A DNA stretch of 38,566 bases from an uncultured Clostridia bacterium (GTDB lineage Bacteria; Bacillota; Clostridia; Christensenellales; UBA3700). Below, in pieces: positions 8,858 to 17,556 of the stretch (position 1 is the first letter of the stretch; the number at the start of each line of letters is the position of its first letter). The stretch is taken from contig CAMOQV010000002.1 in NCBI GenBank assembly GCA_946623205.1, positions 1 through 38,566 of the forward strand, read 5' to 3'. The translations under genes were made by a program, and so were the position numbers. The notes below the pieces were generated by a model, which ran no database searches, had not been told where the DNA came from, and was given only the letters and a program-made list of their open reading frames with translations.

Positions 8858-10042
8858 ATGGAAAATTTTGTATTTTGTGCACCAACAAAGGTAATATTTG
8901 GTAAAGGGGCCATTGAGGCTTTAGGTAAAGAAGCATCTAGTCTTGAAGACCAAAAAGCAGTAATTGTTTATGGATCAGATAGAGTAGAGAAAAATGGCAT
9001 TTTAAAAAAGGTTGAAGACGAGTTAGACACATGGGGAATTGAGCATATAAGATTTAAAGGCGTAAAGGCAAATCCAACTGTTGCTCATGCTAAAGAGGGT
9101 ATTAAAGTTGCTAAAGATTTTAGTGCTGATCTAATTATTGCTATAGGAGGAGGCTCTGCAATAGATACAGCAAAGGCTATGGCGATAGGTGCTGTTAATG
9201 CTGGAGATATTTGGGATATATGGCAAGGTAAAAATAAAGTTTCCGAATGCTTAGACGTTGCTTGCGTTTTAACTATACCTGCAGCTGGTAGTGAAATGAG
9301 TAATAGTGCAGTTCTTACTAATGAGGAAACAGGACAAAAGGTTGGTTTAACTACAAATATTTATAGATGCAAATTTGCAATTATGGATCCAACATATGCG
9401 CAAACTCTTCCTAAAAAGCAAATTGCTTGTGGTGTTGTAGATATAATGATGCATACGCTAGATAGATACTTTTCGCCAAAAGAAATGCAACATAACCATA
9501 TGACAGACGCTATAGCGCATGGGCTATTAAAAACTGTTATTAAATGGGGTAAGATTGCTTATGACGATGAAAGCAACTACGAAGCAATGAGCGAGATTAT
9601 GTGGGCAAGTTCTTTGTCTCATAATGATATAACTGGACTTGGTGGTGGAAGAGATTTTTCAATACACCAATTCGGGCATGAAATTAGTGCCAAATTTGAT
9701 ATTACTCATGGCGAATCTTTGAGCGCCATTTGGGGTACATGGTGTAGATATGTTATGGATAAAGATATAGACAGATTTGCGCTATATGCAAAAGAAGTGT
9801 GGGGAAGTGATAAAGAAGGAAAGGAAGCTGCGCTTGAGGGAATAGAGAAAACAGAAGAGTTCTTTGCTTCTTTAGATATGCCAATAAAGATACCTCAATT
9901 GTCTTGTGGAATACTAGATAAAGACACATTAGATGAGCTTGCTCAAAGATGCACAAGAAATGGTCAAAGAAAGATTGGTACATTTGTTCCAATGGATACA
10001 GAAGAAGTTAAAAAAGTGTATTATTTAGCAAATATTGTGTAG
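8858..10042 (+). CDS. Iron-containing (group III) alcohol dehydrogenase
   Basis: GGGSAIDTAKA NAD(P)-binding motif, and His-rich metal site (HxxxH) in HQFGHEISAKFDITHGE. A GAGGAAG RBS precedes the ATG. Confidence 0.85.
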   Translation: MENFVFCAPTKVIFGKGAIEALGKEASSLEDQKAVIVYGSDRVEKNGILKKVEDELDTWGIEHIRFKGVKANPTVAHAKEGIKVAKDFSADLIIAIGGGSAIDTAKAMAIGAVNAGDIWDIWQGKNKVSECLDVACVLTIPAAGSEMSNSAVLTNEETGQKVGLTTNIYRCKFAIMDPTYAQTLPKKQIACGVVDIMMHTLDRYFSPKEMQHNHMTDAIAHGLLKTVIKWGKIAYDDESNYEAMSEIMWASSLSHNDITGLGGGRDFSIHQFGHEISAKFDITHGESLSAIWGTWCRYVMDKDIDRFALYAKEVWGSDKEGKEAALEGIEKTEEFFASLDMPIKIPQLSCGILDKDTLDELAQRCTRNGQRKIGTFVPMDTEEVKKVYYLANIV

Positions 10043-10062
10043 CCAAATAAGTTCTAAAACAA

Positions 10063-10095
10063 TTTGGCCTGGCCTAAGAGTCAGGCCAAATTTTT
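10063..10095 (+). terminator. Rho-independent terminator after the alcohol dehydrogenase gene
   Basis: TTTGGCCTG-loop-CAGGCCAAA hairpin followed by TTTTT. Confidence 0.8.
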
Positions 10096-10139
10096 AACAC
10101 TATTTTGGCTAAAATTATCGAATATATTTAAATTATTTA

Positions 10140-10169
10140 TTGCGCTAATATTTTTTATAGTGTTATAAT
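10140..10169 (+). promoter_or_regulatory. Promoter with extended -10 for the GtrA/YegP fusion gene
   Basis: TTGCGC, an 18-nt spacer (containing TGt), then TATAAT (10164-10169). Confidence 0.45.
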
Positions 10170-10212
10170 GTTTTTACTATTAAAATAAAATTAAAGTACT
10201 TTGGAGGGTATT

Positions 10213-12009
10213 ATGGCAGAAAAGAAGGAAAATAAGCAAAAGAGTACTTTCGTACAATTCCTTTTGTTTATTGTTATGAGTTTAGCCGCATTCGCTGTTC
10301 AATTTGCGATTGTACAATTCGGACCAGCTGGTCTTAAGCTTTGTGGAGTAGATGATACTTTAAAAATGGATTTCTGGATTTTTAAAGGATACACACTAGC
10401 TGCATTTATATCATTCTTAGTTGCAAATACTTTGGCAAAAATTATCTCTTACATTTTAAATAGAAAGAAGACATTTAATGCCGTTAATAATTTGGTATTT
10501 TCAATGACAGTATATGTAATTATGTGCGTAACTTTAATTATTGTTGAAACTCTAATTGGAGAACCATTAGCTAATGCATATGCAAATTTATTTGAATCAA
10601 ATCCAGCAATTGCAGAATGGGCACCAACAATGTCAATGATTACATATTCAATTGCTGACTTCCTAATTGTATTCTTGATGGAGAAGTTTGTAATTATGAA
10701 CGATAATCTATTCAAGAAAAAGAATAAGGCTAATGCTGAAGATGAAGCTGAAGCAGAAGAAGTTGCTGACGAAGCTGAAGCAGAAAAGGCTGAAGAAGTA
10801 AAAGAAGAAGCTATCGTAGACGAAGTTAAAGACGAAGAGCCAGTTGCTGCTCCAGTAGAAGAAGTAAAAGAAGAAGAAAAGGTTGAAGAACCTGCTGAGG
10901 AAAAAGTCGAAGAAGAAAAGGTTGAAGAACCTGTTCAAGAAGAAGCTAAAGCTGAAGAACCTGTTCAAGAAGAAGCTAAAGCTGAAGAACCTGCTCAAGA
11001 AGAAGTTGTAGTTGAAGAAGCTAAAGCTGAAGAACCAGCTGCTATTCCTGTAGTAGAAGAAAAAGTTGAAGAACCTGTTAAAGAAGAGGCTCCAGCAAAG
11101 AAGGCTCCTGCTAAGAAGAGCGCTAAGAAAGCTAAAGAAGAAACAAAAGCAGAAGAACCAGCAAAAGAAGAAGTAAAGGCAGAAGAACCAGCTAAGGAAG
11201 AAGCAAAAGCAGAAGAGCCAAAGAAAGCTCCTGCTAAGAAAACAACAAAGAAAGCTAATGCTGGTAAGGTAGAATTTGACTTAAGAGTTGATGGTTACCA
11301 TTTCGAAGTTTCTGCTATGAACGGACAATTAATGTTCGAAAGCCAAGGCTTTGCATCATTAGAGACAGCTAAGACAGGATTTGAAACATTCAAGGCTGCA
11401 CTTGAAGACGAATCAACTCCAGCAACTGTTTATGAAGATAAGAGAGGCTTATGGAGATTCGTTATCAACAAGAGATATGTTGGTGAAGGATATAAGACTC
11501 GTGCTCAAGCTGAAGCTGCTATCGATTCAGTAAAGAGAGACGCTTTATTTGGTAAGGTTGAAGACTTCGTAGAAGATCCAGAAGAAAAGAAAGCATTCAA
11601 CGATGCTAAGAAGAAGTTAAACAAAGGTGCTGGTGTAGATTGGGATACAGCTTTAAAGGCTCCAGCTAAGACATTCGGTAAATTTGAAATTAACGGACAC
11701 GAAGGTAGAGGATATTTCTTCACACTTTACGCAAACAATGGTCAAATCTTATATTGCAGCCGTTACTATGCATCACAAGATTCTTGTGAAGATGCAATCA
11801 CAACATTCAAGAAAGCTTGCTATTTAGATAACTTCTTTATCGATAAAGACAAATTCGGTAACTGGAGATTCGTGCTAAAGGGAACAGGTGCAGGTATTGT
11901 TTATGTTGGCGAAAGCTATAGCACAAAAGATGCTGCAATTTCAAGTTCTGAATCAGTTAAGAAGTTCGCAATGACAGCTAAGATTGTTGTTGTTGAAGAC
12001 GAAGACTAA
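10213..12009 (+). CDS. Fusion protein: GtrA-like membrane domain, acidic E/K/A/P repeat linker, two tandem pairs of YegP (DUF1508)-like repeats
   Basis: N-terminal 4-TM region with GtrA-like layout. About 190 aa of EEPAKEEAKAEEP-type repeats follow. The C-terminus has four YegP-like units (YHFEVSAMNGQLMFESQGF.., WRFVINKRYVGEGY.., YFFTLYANNGQILYCSRYY.., WRFVLKGTGAGIVYVGESY..). Start set at ATG 10213 after GGAGGG; the listed TTG 10201 overlaps the RBS. Confidence 0.7.
   Translation: MAEKKENKQKSTFVQFLLFIVMSLAAFAVQFAIVQFGPAGLKLCGVDDTLKMDFWIFKGYTLAAFISFLVANTLAKIISYILNRKKTFNAVNNLVFSMTVYVIMCVTLIIVETLIGEPLANAYANLFESNPAIAEWAPTMSMITYSIADFLIVFLMEKFVIMNDNLFKKKNKANAEDEAEAEEVADEAEAEKAEEVKEEAIVDEVKDEEPVAAPVEEVKEEEKVEEPAEEKVEEEKVEEPVQEEAKAEEPVQEEAKAEEPAQEEVVVEEAKAEEPAAIPVVEEKVEEPVKEEAPAKKAPAKKSAKKAKEETKAEEPAKEEVKAEEPAKEEAKAEEPKKAPAKKTTKKANAGKVEFDLRVDGYHFEVSAMNGQLMFESQGFASLETAKTGFETFKAALEDESTPATVYEDKRGLWRFVINKRYVGEGYKTRAQAEAAIDSVKRDALFGKVEDFVEDPEEKKAFNDAKKKLNKGAGVDWDTALKAPAKTFGKFEINGHEGRGYFFTLYANNGQILYCSRYYASQDSCEDAITTFKKACYLDNFFIDKDKFGNWRFVLKGTGAGIVYVGESYSTKDAAISSSESVKKFAMTAKIVVVEDED
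10924..10983 (+). repeat. Perfect 30-nt in-frame tandem duplication inside the acidic linker (a third degenerate copy follows)
   Basis: gaagaacctgttcaagaagaagctaaagct occurs twice back to back, then gaagaacctgctcaagaagaag. Confidence 0.9.
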
Positions 12010-12032
12010 TTCAAAGTAATAAAACATAATTG

Positions 12033-12074
12033 GAGATGTTCAGAATTATATATCTTTGAGCATCTCTTTTTTTT
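12033..12074 (+). terminator. Rho-independent terminator after the GtrA/YegP gene
   Basis: GAGATGTTC...GAGCATCTC hairpin followed by T8. Confidence 0.75.
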
Positions 12075-12197
12075 ATGGAAAATATTTTAATTAAAATAAA
12101 ACCTTAATTTTTCTATATGCAAATTATATTTGCGATAATATTTATTAAGTGTTAATATAAAACACGAAATTATATTAATAATACACGCGAGGTTAAC

Positions 12198-13916
12198 ATG
12201 TTACTAAGTAAATTATGCTGTGAAAGAACAAAAGAAGCTCCAGGAGATGCAAAGATTAAATCTCACATCTTATTAGCAAGAGCAGGATTCATTAAGCAAG
12301 TTGCTAATGGTATTTATTCTATGACAATGCCATGCCAAAGAATGAGTCAAAGAATCCAAAAGATCATTAGAGAAGAAATGGATGCTTGTGATGGACAAGA
12401 AGTTTTATTCCCAGTAGTAATGCCCCGCGAGTTATGGGAAACATCAGGAAGATATCAAAGCATTGGATCTGAAATGGTTAGATTCAAGGATAGATCAAAC
12501 CATGATATGCTACTTGGTATGACTCATGAAGAAGCTGCCGTTCATATGGCTAATCATATTGTTTCAAGTTATACTCAACTTCCAATGATGATTTACCAAA
12601 TTCAAACAAAGTTTAGAGATGAAGCAAGAGCTAGAGGTGGATTAATTCGTGTTAGAGAATTCACAATGAAGGATGCTTATTCTTTCCATACAACAAAGGA
12701 AGATCTAGAGCAATACTATATGCAAATCCATAAGGCTTACCAAAATATCTTCAGAAGAATCGGTTTAAAGAGATTTATTGATGTTAAATCAGATTCTGGT
12801 ATGATGGGCGGAAGTGTAGCACATGAATTTATGCTATTAACAGAAGTTGGTGAAGATTCTATCGTATTATGTAACCATTGCGATTATAGAGCAAATATGG
12901 AAGTTGCTTCAGGTATTATTGAAAAGCCAATTTATGCTGACGCAGAATTAGCATTAGTTGATACTGGAACTGACAAGACAATTGAAGAAGTAGCTAAAAG
13001 ATTAAATGTTCCAGCAACACAAACTGCAAAGGCTGTTGTGTTTGCAGTTAAGGGAGATCAAGATCAAGTTGTTATTGCTTTTGTAAGAGGCGATTTAGAA
13101 GTTAACGAAGCAAAGCTTAAGAAAGTTCTTAAGAAAGATGTTGTGGCTTATGATGGTGGTACATCTGCATCTGTCGTTTGCGGAAACATCGGACCAAAAG
13201 ATTTAGACAAATCTATCATTGTTGTATACGATAAGTCTTTGGAAGGAACAAAAGGAATGGTAGTTGGTGCAAATAAAGAAGGATACCACTATACAGGATT
13301 CAACTTTGAAAGAGATATAAAGGATGCTAAATTTGATGACATCGCAAAGACAAGAGCAGGGGATAAGTGCCCAATCTGCGGTGGCGATTTGAGAATAGAA
13401 AATGGTATTGAAATTGGAAATATTTTCCAATTAGGTACAAAATATACTCAATCTATGGGAATGCAAGTTACTGGACCAGATGGCCAATTATTTAATCCTA
13501 TTATGGGATGCTATGGAATTGGAGTTGGTAGAGCTATTGCTTCTATCGCACAAGAGTCAAATGATGATAATGGATTAATTCTTCCAATTACTGTTGCTCC
13601 ATGGCAAGTTCATATTTGCGTATTAAGACAAGATGATGAAGTTGTAGCTTCAAAAGCTAATGCATTATATAAGGATTTAGAATCAAATGGAATTGATGTT
13701 CTATTTGATGATAGAAACTGTGGTGCAGGTATTAAATTTAATGATGCAGATTTAATGGGTATGCCAATTAGAGTTGTAATATCTCCAAAGAGTTTGCAAA
13801 ATGATGAAGTTGAAATCACTATTAGAAAGACAAAAGAAAGCTTCAAAGTTAAATATGAAGATGCTATTAATGAAATCAAGAACTTAATTACAAAGCTTGA
13901 AGAAGAATATAAATAA
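12198..13916 (+). CDS. proS: Prolyl-tRNA synthetase (bacterial type with editing insertion)
   Basis: N-terminus TKEAPGDAKIKSHILLARAGFIKQVANGIYSM, class II motifs (FRDEARARGGLIRVREFTMKDAYSF) and C-terminus GCYGIGVGR match ProRS throughout. Confidence 0.95.
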   Translation: MLLSKLCCERTKEAPGDAKIKSHILLARAGFIKQVANGIYSMTMPCQRMSQRIQKIIREEMDACDGQEVLFPVVMPRELWETSGRYQSIGSEMVRFKDRSNHDMLLGMTHEEAAVHMANHIVSSYTQLPMMIYQIQTKFRDEARARGGLIRVREFTMKDAYSFHTTKEDLEQYYMQIHKAYQNIFRRIGLKRFIDVKSDSGMMGGSVAHEFMLLTEVGEDSIVLCNHCDYRANMEVASGIIEKPIYADAELALVDTGTDKTIEEVAKRLNVPATQTAKAVVFAVKGDQDQVVIAFVRGDLEVNEAKLKKVLKKDVVAYDGGTSASVVCGNIGPKDLDKSIIVVYDKSLEGTKGMVVGANKEGYHYTGFNFERDIKDAKFDDIAKTRAGDKCPICGGDLRIENGIEIGNIFQLGTKYTQSMGMQVTGPDGQLFNPIMGCYGIGVGRAIASIAQESNDDNGLILPITVAPWQVHICVLRQDDEVVASKANALYKDLESNGIDVLFDDRNCGAGIKFNDADLMGMPIRVVISPKSLQNDEVEITIRKTKESFKVKYEDAINEIKNLITKLEEEYK

Positions 13917-13934
13917 TATTTAATATTAAGCATT

Positions 13935-13980
13935 AAAAAACCTCCAAAGTTTTTACTTTTTCAAGTGTCCACTTTGGAGG
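13935..13980 (-). terminator. Terminator hairpin between convergent proS and luxS (T-run only on the minus strand)
   Basis: CCTCCAAAGT (13941-13950) pairs with ACTTTGGAGG (13971-13980). The A6 at 13935-13940 gives a T-run downstream of luxS. Confidence 0.7.
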
Positions 13981-14006
13981 TATCATATCATTCATCCTCG
14001 TTTTTT

Positions 14007-14432
14007 TTATTTCTTTAAAACTTCCAAATATGCTTTAATTTCTCGCTTAGCTCCTTCTAAATCATGCTCTTTATAATTTCCGCATTGTTTTCTTTCAGTT
14101 CCAGGAACATAATCTAACTCTAAACATTTTTCAAAGCATTCAATTGTTACTTGTTTAGCTTCCTCTTCTTTGATGCCATATAGAAGAAGGTAACATCCAG
14201 TTCTACATCCCATTGGTCCAAAATATACAACATTATCTTTAATTCTGCTGTTTCTTATTACTACAGCGAACAAATGCTCAATAGAGTGTATAGCTGCATA
14301 TGAAATGTAATCCCCACCATTTGGGTGTTTAAATCTCAAATCGTATGTATATACGTTATGTGCTTCGCCCAAGCAATAAAAGCCTGGTGTTAATTTATCA
14401 TGATCTAATTCAAAAGACTTAATGTTATCCAT
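14007..14432 (-). CDS. luxS: S-ribosylhomocysteine lyase
   Basis: HSIEHLFA metal-binding motif, GPMGCRTG motif and the N-terminal SFELDHDK pattern are typical of LuxS. Start set at ATG 14432 (MDNIKSF), which follows GAGGT; the 31-aa upstream extension is unlikely. Confidence 0.9.
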   Translation of the reverse strand: MDNIKSFELDHDKLTPGFYCLGEAHNVYTYDLRFKHPNGGDYISYAAIHSIEHLFAVVIRNSRIKDNVVYFGPMGCRTGCYLLLYGIKEEEAKQVTIECFEKCLELDYVPGTERKQCGNYKEHDLEGAKREIKAYLEVLKK

Positions 14433-14560
14433 ATTTACCTCGCGAAATAATGATAGCATATTTCCCTTTAAATAATATACACAAAATGATAATAATTTTG
14501 CACAATTTGTGTTAATATTTTTCATAACTAATTAAATATAAAACATTTAAAGTAGCACGA

Positions 14561-14589
14561 TTTGGCAAAATATATGGATTTTTTGGCAA
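14561..14589 (+). promoter_or_regulatory. Direct repeat TTTGGCAA x2 with 21-nt start-to-start spacing; candidate LytTR-regulator binding site
   Basis: TTTGGCAA at 14561-14568 and 14582-14589, ending 6 nt upstream of the -35 hexamer. Confidence 0.4.
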
Positions 14590-14595
14590 GAATCA

Positions 14596-14624
14596 TTGAC
14601 ATTTTATATTGTTAAAAATATAAT
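14596..14624 (+). promoter_or_regulatory. Consensus sigma-A promoter for the two-component/helicase operon
   Basis: TTGACA (14596-14601), a 17-nt spacer, then TATAAT (14619-14624). Confidence 0.7.
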
Positions 14625-14648
14625 AAATCGTGTTAAGAGGTGCAAAAT

Positions 14649-15359
14649 ATGTTTAAGATTGCAATATGCGATGATGAAAAAGAAGAATTAAATAAATCTT
14701 TGCAATGTGTTACAACACATTTTGAGTCAGCTACAGATAAGGCTACAGTTGATGTATTTACAGACCCAAAACAATTAATCGACAAAGTTAAAGAAAACGT
14801 TATTTATGATTTATACATTTTGGACGTTTTGATGGGAGATGTTAATGGTATTGATGTTGCCAAGATAATTAAGTCTTTTTCAAAGAATGCTAAAATTATA
14901 TTTACAACTACATCAAGAGAATTTGCTGTTGATGCGTTTGCTGTTCAAGCAGACAATTATCTAGTTAAGCCATACAAGCAAGATGATATGGATAATGCTT
15001 TAAATAGAGTTATTAAAACAATTCCACAAAATTTATTTATTATTAAAAATACTAGTGATGGAATTAAGAAGATATATTTGAACACAATTTGTTATTCAGA
15101 ATCAAGTGGGCATTATCAATATGTTCATTTGGATAACAAGGAAGTCTTAAAGATTCGTCTTAAGACAAATGAGCTTTGGGATGAATTAAGCAAATATAAG
15201 CAATTCATTAGACCTCATAGCGGATATATCGTAAATATGGACCAAGTTAAAACTATGACATCTTTTGGTATGAATGTTTGTGATGTTGATGTCCCAATTT
15301 CTAAAAATACGTACAACAAAGTAAAGCGTATTTTTATGGAGTACACATTTAATAAATAA
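14649..15359 (+). CDS. LytR/AlgR-family response regulator (receiver + LytTR DNA-binding domain)
   Basis: Receiver signature IAICDDE...LDVLMGDVNGIDV. C-terminal LytTR signature FIRPHSGYIVNMDQV. ATG 14649 lies 8 nt after AAGAGG. Confidence 0.9.
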   Translation: MFKIAICDDEKEELNKSLQCVTTHFESATDKATVDVFTDPKQLIDKVKENVIYDLYILDVLMGDVNGIDVAKIIKSFSKNAKIIFTTTSREFAVDAFAVQADNYLVKPYKQDDMDNALNRVIKTIPQNLFIIKNTSDGIKKIYLNTICYSESSGHYQYVHLDNKEVLKIRLKTNELWDELSKYKQFIRPHSGYIVNMDQVKTMTSFGMNVCDVDVPISKNTYNKVKRIFMEYTFNK

Positions 15360-16666
15360 TGCTAACAGTTTCAAGAATTATATTGTATATAGTTACAATC
15401 GCGGGAGCAGGCGGACTAATTTGGTGCGTTACTGAGGCGCGTCGTTCTATAACATACGTAGTTCCAATAGGTCTTGCAGTATTTGGTATTAGCTTTGTTG
15501 CAGCACTTTTCGCTGCTATGTATATTCACGATGAAAATATATATTATTCAGCAATTGCTACAATTTCACTAGTTACACTAGTGCCAGTTATGCTTTATAT
15601 TTCAAAAGACCCATGGTATAAGTTGCTTTTCGAATTGGCGACACAGGCAAATGCATTTTTGATTACGATGTATGTCGGAAAGAGCTTTGGCGTACTGTTT
15701 GGAAATAATGAGTGGGCTGACGTTGGCTTTAGAGCACTTTCCTTTATAATTATTATATTGATGTATAAAACATTCTTAAAAGATAGATTTAGATCATTTG
15801 CTAACCAATATAATTCGGTATATGGTTGGTTGTTCTTGTTTATAGTAACTATATCATTTACGGTATTGTTCTTATCGATTCAATATTTCCCAGTTACATT
15901 AGCACAAAGAACAGATGTTAAATTATTTACGACAGTTATGAATTTTGCAATTGTTGCTTATACGATTACATACATTGCTCTAGTTGCATTGTTTAATAGA
16001 ATATTACTTAGTCAAAAAGCTAAAGCAGAGGTTCAAGCTGCAGAATTAAAGATGGATTATTGGAAAGCACAAATCGCAACACAAGAAGTTCTTATTAACA
16101 ATACAAGAAAAATAAAGCATGACATGCGTCATCATGATGCATTGCTTGTTGATTGTATAACAAATAAAGAATACGATAAAGCTTTAAAATATCTTCAAGA
16201 GCATGGCGCAATAATTGATCAAATTACAATAAAACAATATTGTGAGAATTATACAGTTAACTGTCTATTGTCTACATATATTAGAAAGGCAGAAAATGCA
16301 GGTATTCAAGTAGAATGTCAAACTCAAGTCCCAAAAGAGTTGCAAATTGACGATTTGAGATTGGCTTCAATATTTGCGAACTTAGTAGAAAATGCTATTG
16401 AAGCATGCGATAGAATTAAAGACGAATCTGTTCATAAATTTATAAATATTAGTTCTAAATATGATAATGGTGCATTAAAGATATTGGTAGAAAATTCATC
16501 AAATGATGACGTTAAATTTGATGGCCCATTCCCAATATCTCAAAAAGCTAATCCAAGTGGCATTGGCACAAAGACAATCTATGAATTTGCAAATAGATAT
16601 AATGGTCTTTGTGAATACACTTTAGAAAATGGCGTATTTAGTGCTAGATTGCTTTTGGTGGTTTAA
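15359..16666 (+). CDS. AgrC-like (HPK10-type) membrane sensor histidine kinase with GHKL ATPase domain
   Basis: About 6 N-terminal TM helices, H-box KIKHDMRHH, N-box FANLVENAIEA and G-box GIGTKTIYEF. The start overlaps the regulator stop (TAATG). Confidence 0.85.
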   Translation: MLTVSRIILYIVTIAGAGGLIWCVTEARRSITYVVPIGLAVFGISFVAALFAAMYIHDENIYYSAIATISLVTLVPVMLYISKDPWYKLLFELATQANAFLITMYVGKSFGVLFGNNEWADVGFRALSFIIIILMYKTFLKDRFRSFANQYNSVYGWLFLFIVTISFTVLFLSIQYFPVTLAQRTDVKLFTTVMNFAIVAYTITYIALVALFNRILLSQKAKAEVQAAELKMDYWKAQIATQEVLINNTRKIKHDMRHHDALLVDCITNKEYDKALKYLQEHGAIIDQITIKQYCENYTVNCLLSTYIRKAENAGIQVECQTQVPKELQIDDLRLASIFANLVENAIEACDRIKDESVHKFINISSKYDNGALKILVENSSNDDVKFDGPFPISQKANPSGIGTKTIYEFANRYNGLCEYTLENGVFSARLLLVV

Positions 16667-16668
16667 TA

Positions 16669-17556
16669 GTGAATTCAACAAATACATTGAGAATATGTAA
16701 AAGCTATAAAGACAGGCTTGAAAAGTTATCTTCTTTATTAGAATATCCAGAATTTAATATTGATTATAATTTTTCAAAAAGGTTTTTAAAAGAGATATCA
16801 AAACTTAAGCCGATAGTTGAATTATATGATTTATATCTAATTTCGGATCAAGAAATAGAAAAGCAAGATATATTATCTAGCATCAACAAACTTATAATTA
16901 AAGATAAGGTTGATGAATACGATGGAATTAAGATTGAGATTTCATCTAAAGATTTAGAGGCAAAAGCTTTTTTGCAAAAATCCTATCAAACCTATTTTTC
17001 ATCATGCCAATATAAAGTAATTGAAGATGATGGCTTGATAATTCTAGGAACATCAATATATTCAATCTATAAGAATGAAACGGGAATTCATATATATAAA
17101 GATGGTTATGAATCTGAAGTGAAGGTTTTGGTATTGCCATATATTGAAAGTAAGGAAACCGAAATTCCGTTAAGCGATTTAAGAATCGATTATTACCACT
17201 CATCTGGCGCCGGCGGACAAAATGTGAATAAAGTTGAGACGGCAATTAGAATTACGCATATTGACACCAATATCGTCGTTACATGCCAAGATGAAAGATC
17301 TCAACTAAAGAATAAGCAAAGAGCGTTAGAGTTAATAAATAAAAAGGTTAATCAATATTATCTAGATAAAGTTCAAAAAGAGATTGATTCTATAAGAAAG
17401 GAAGCGAAGAATAACAAAACTATCATAAGAACTATAGATGTAACAAAAAATGAACTATTTGATACGCGCACGCAAAAGAAATATAATATTAGTGATGTGT
17501 TCAAGAGCGAGTTGGGCGATATCGATAGCGAGATTTTAGTTAATGAAGTTAAATAG
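16669..17556 (+). CDS. Peptide chain release factor 1-like paralog: GGQ domain intact, PxT codon-recognition loop absent
   Basis: SSGAGGQNVNKVETAIRITHIDTNIVVTCQDERSQLKNKQ matches the RF GGQ domain (GGQ at 17212-17220). The N-terminus resembles the RF1 helical domain. Where RF1 has RVQRVPxTExxGRIHTS, this protein has only IYKDGYESEVKV. GTG start 2 nt after the kinase stop; 295 aa against about 355 for RF1. Confidence 0.75.
   Translation: MNSTNTLRICKSYKDRLEKLSSLLEYPEFNIDYNFSKRFLKEISKLKPIVELYDLYLISDQEIEKQDILSSINKLIIKDKVDEYDGIKIEISSKDLEAKAFLQKSYQTYFSSCQYKVIEDDGLIILGTSIYSIYKNETGIHIYKDGYESEVKVLVLPYIESKETEIPLSDLRIDYYHSSGAGGQNVNKVETAIRITHIDTNIVVTCQDERSQLKNKQRALELINKKVNQYYLDKVQKEIDSIRKEAKNNKTIIRTIDVTKNELFDTRTQKKYNISDVFKSELGDIDSEILVNEVK

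Noticed and set aside
10708-11230. Highly repetitive stretch that could be mistaken for a CRISPR-like or satellite array; also the antisense ORF 10708-10998.
   Set aside because: The repeats are in frame within the GtrA/YegP gene and encode an E/K/A/P acidic linker. There are no constant-length unique spacers. The antisense ORF (F/S/L-rich) is a by-product of the GAA-rich coding strand.
12010-12197. Looked for a T-box leader upstream of proS.
   Set aside because: There is no GGTGGTACC-type T-box sequence or terminator/antiterminator pair. The only structure is the terminator of the upstream gene (12033-12074).
14433-14525. 31-aa extension at the start of luxS.
   Set aside because: LuxS homologs begin near the SFxLDH motif. 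ATG 14432 has a GAGGT RBS, and the extension lacks one.
14526-16668. Looked for AgrB/AgrD-type autoinducer genes or a small propeptide ORF near the AgrC-like kinase.
   Set aside because: The intergenic region has no plausible short ORF with an RBS, and none of the downstream proteins looks like AgrB. The 74-aa product at 22510-22734 is a 2-TM protein, not an AgrD-like amphipathic propeptide.
16669-17556. Checked the RF-like gene for the prfB-type programmed +1 frameshift site (CTT TGA C) or for being a pseudogene.
   Set aside because: The frame is continuous from GTG to TAG, with no internal stop and no frameshift motif. It reads as an intact divergent gene.
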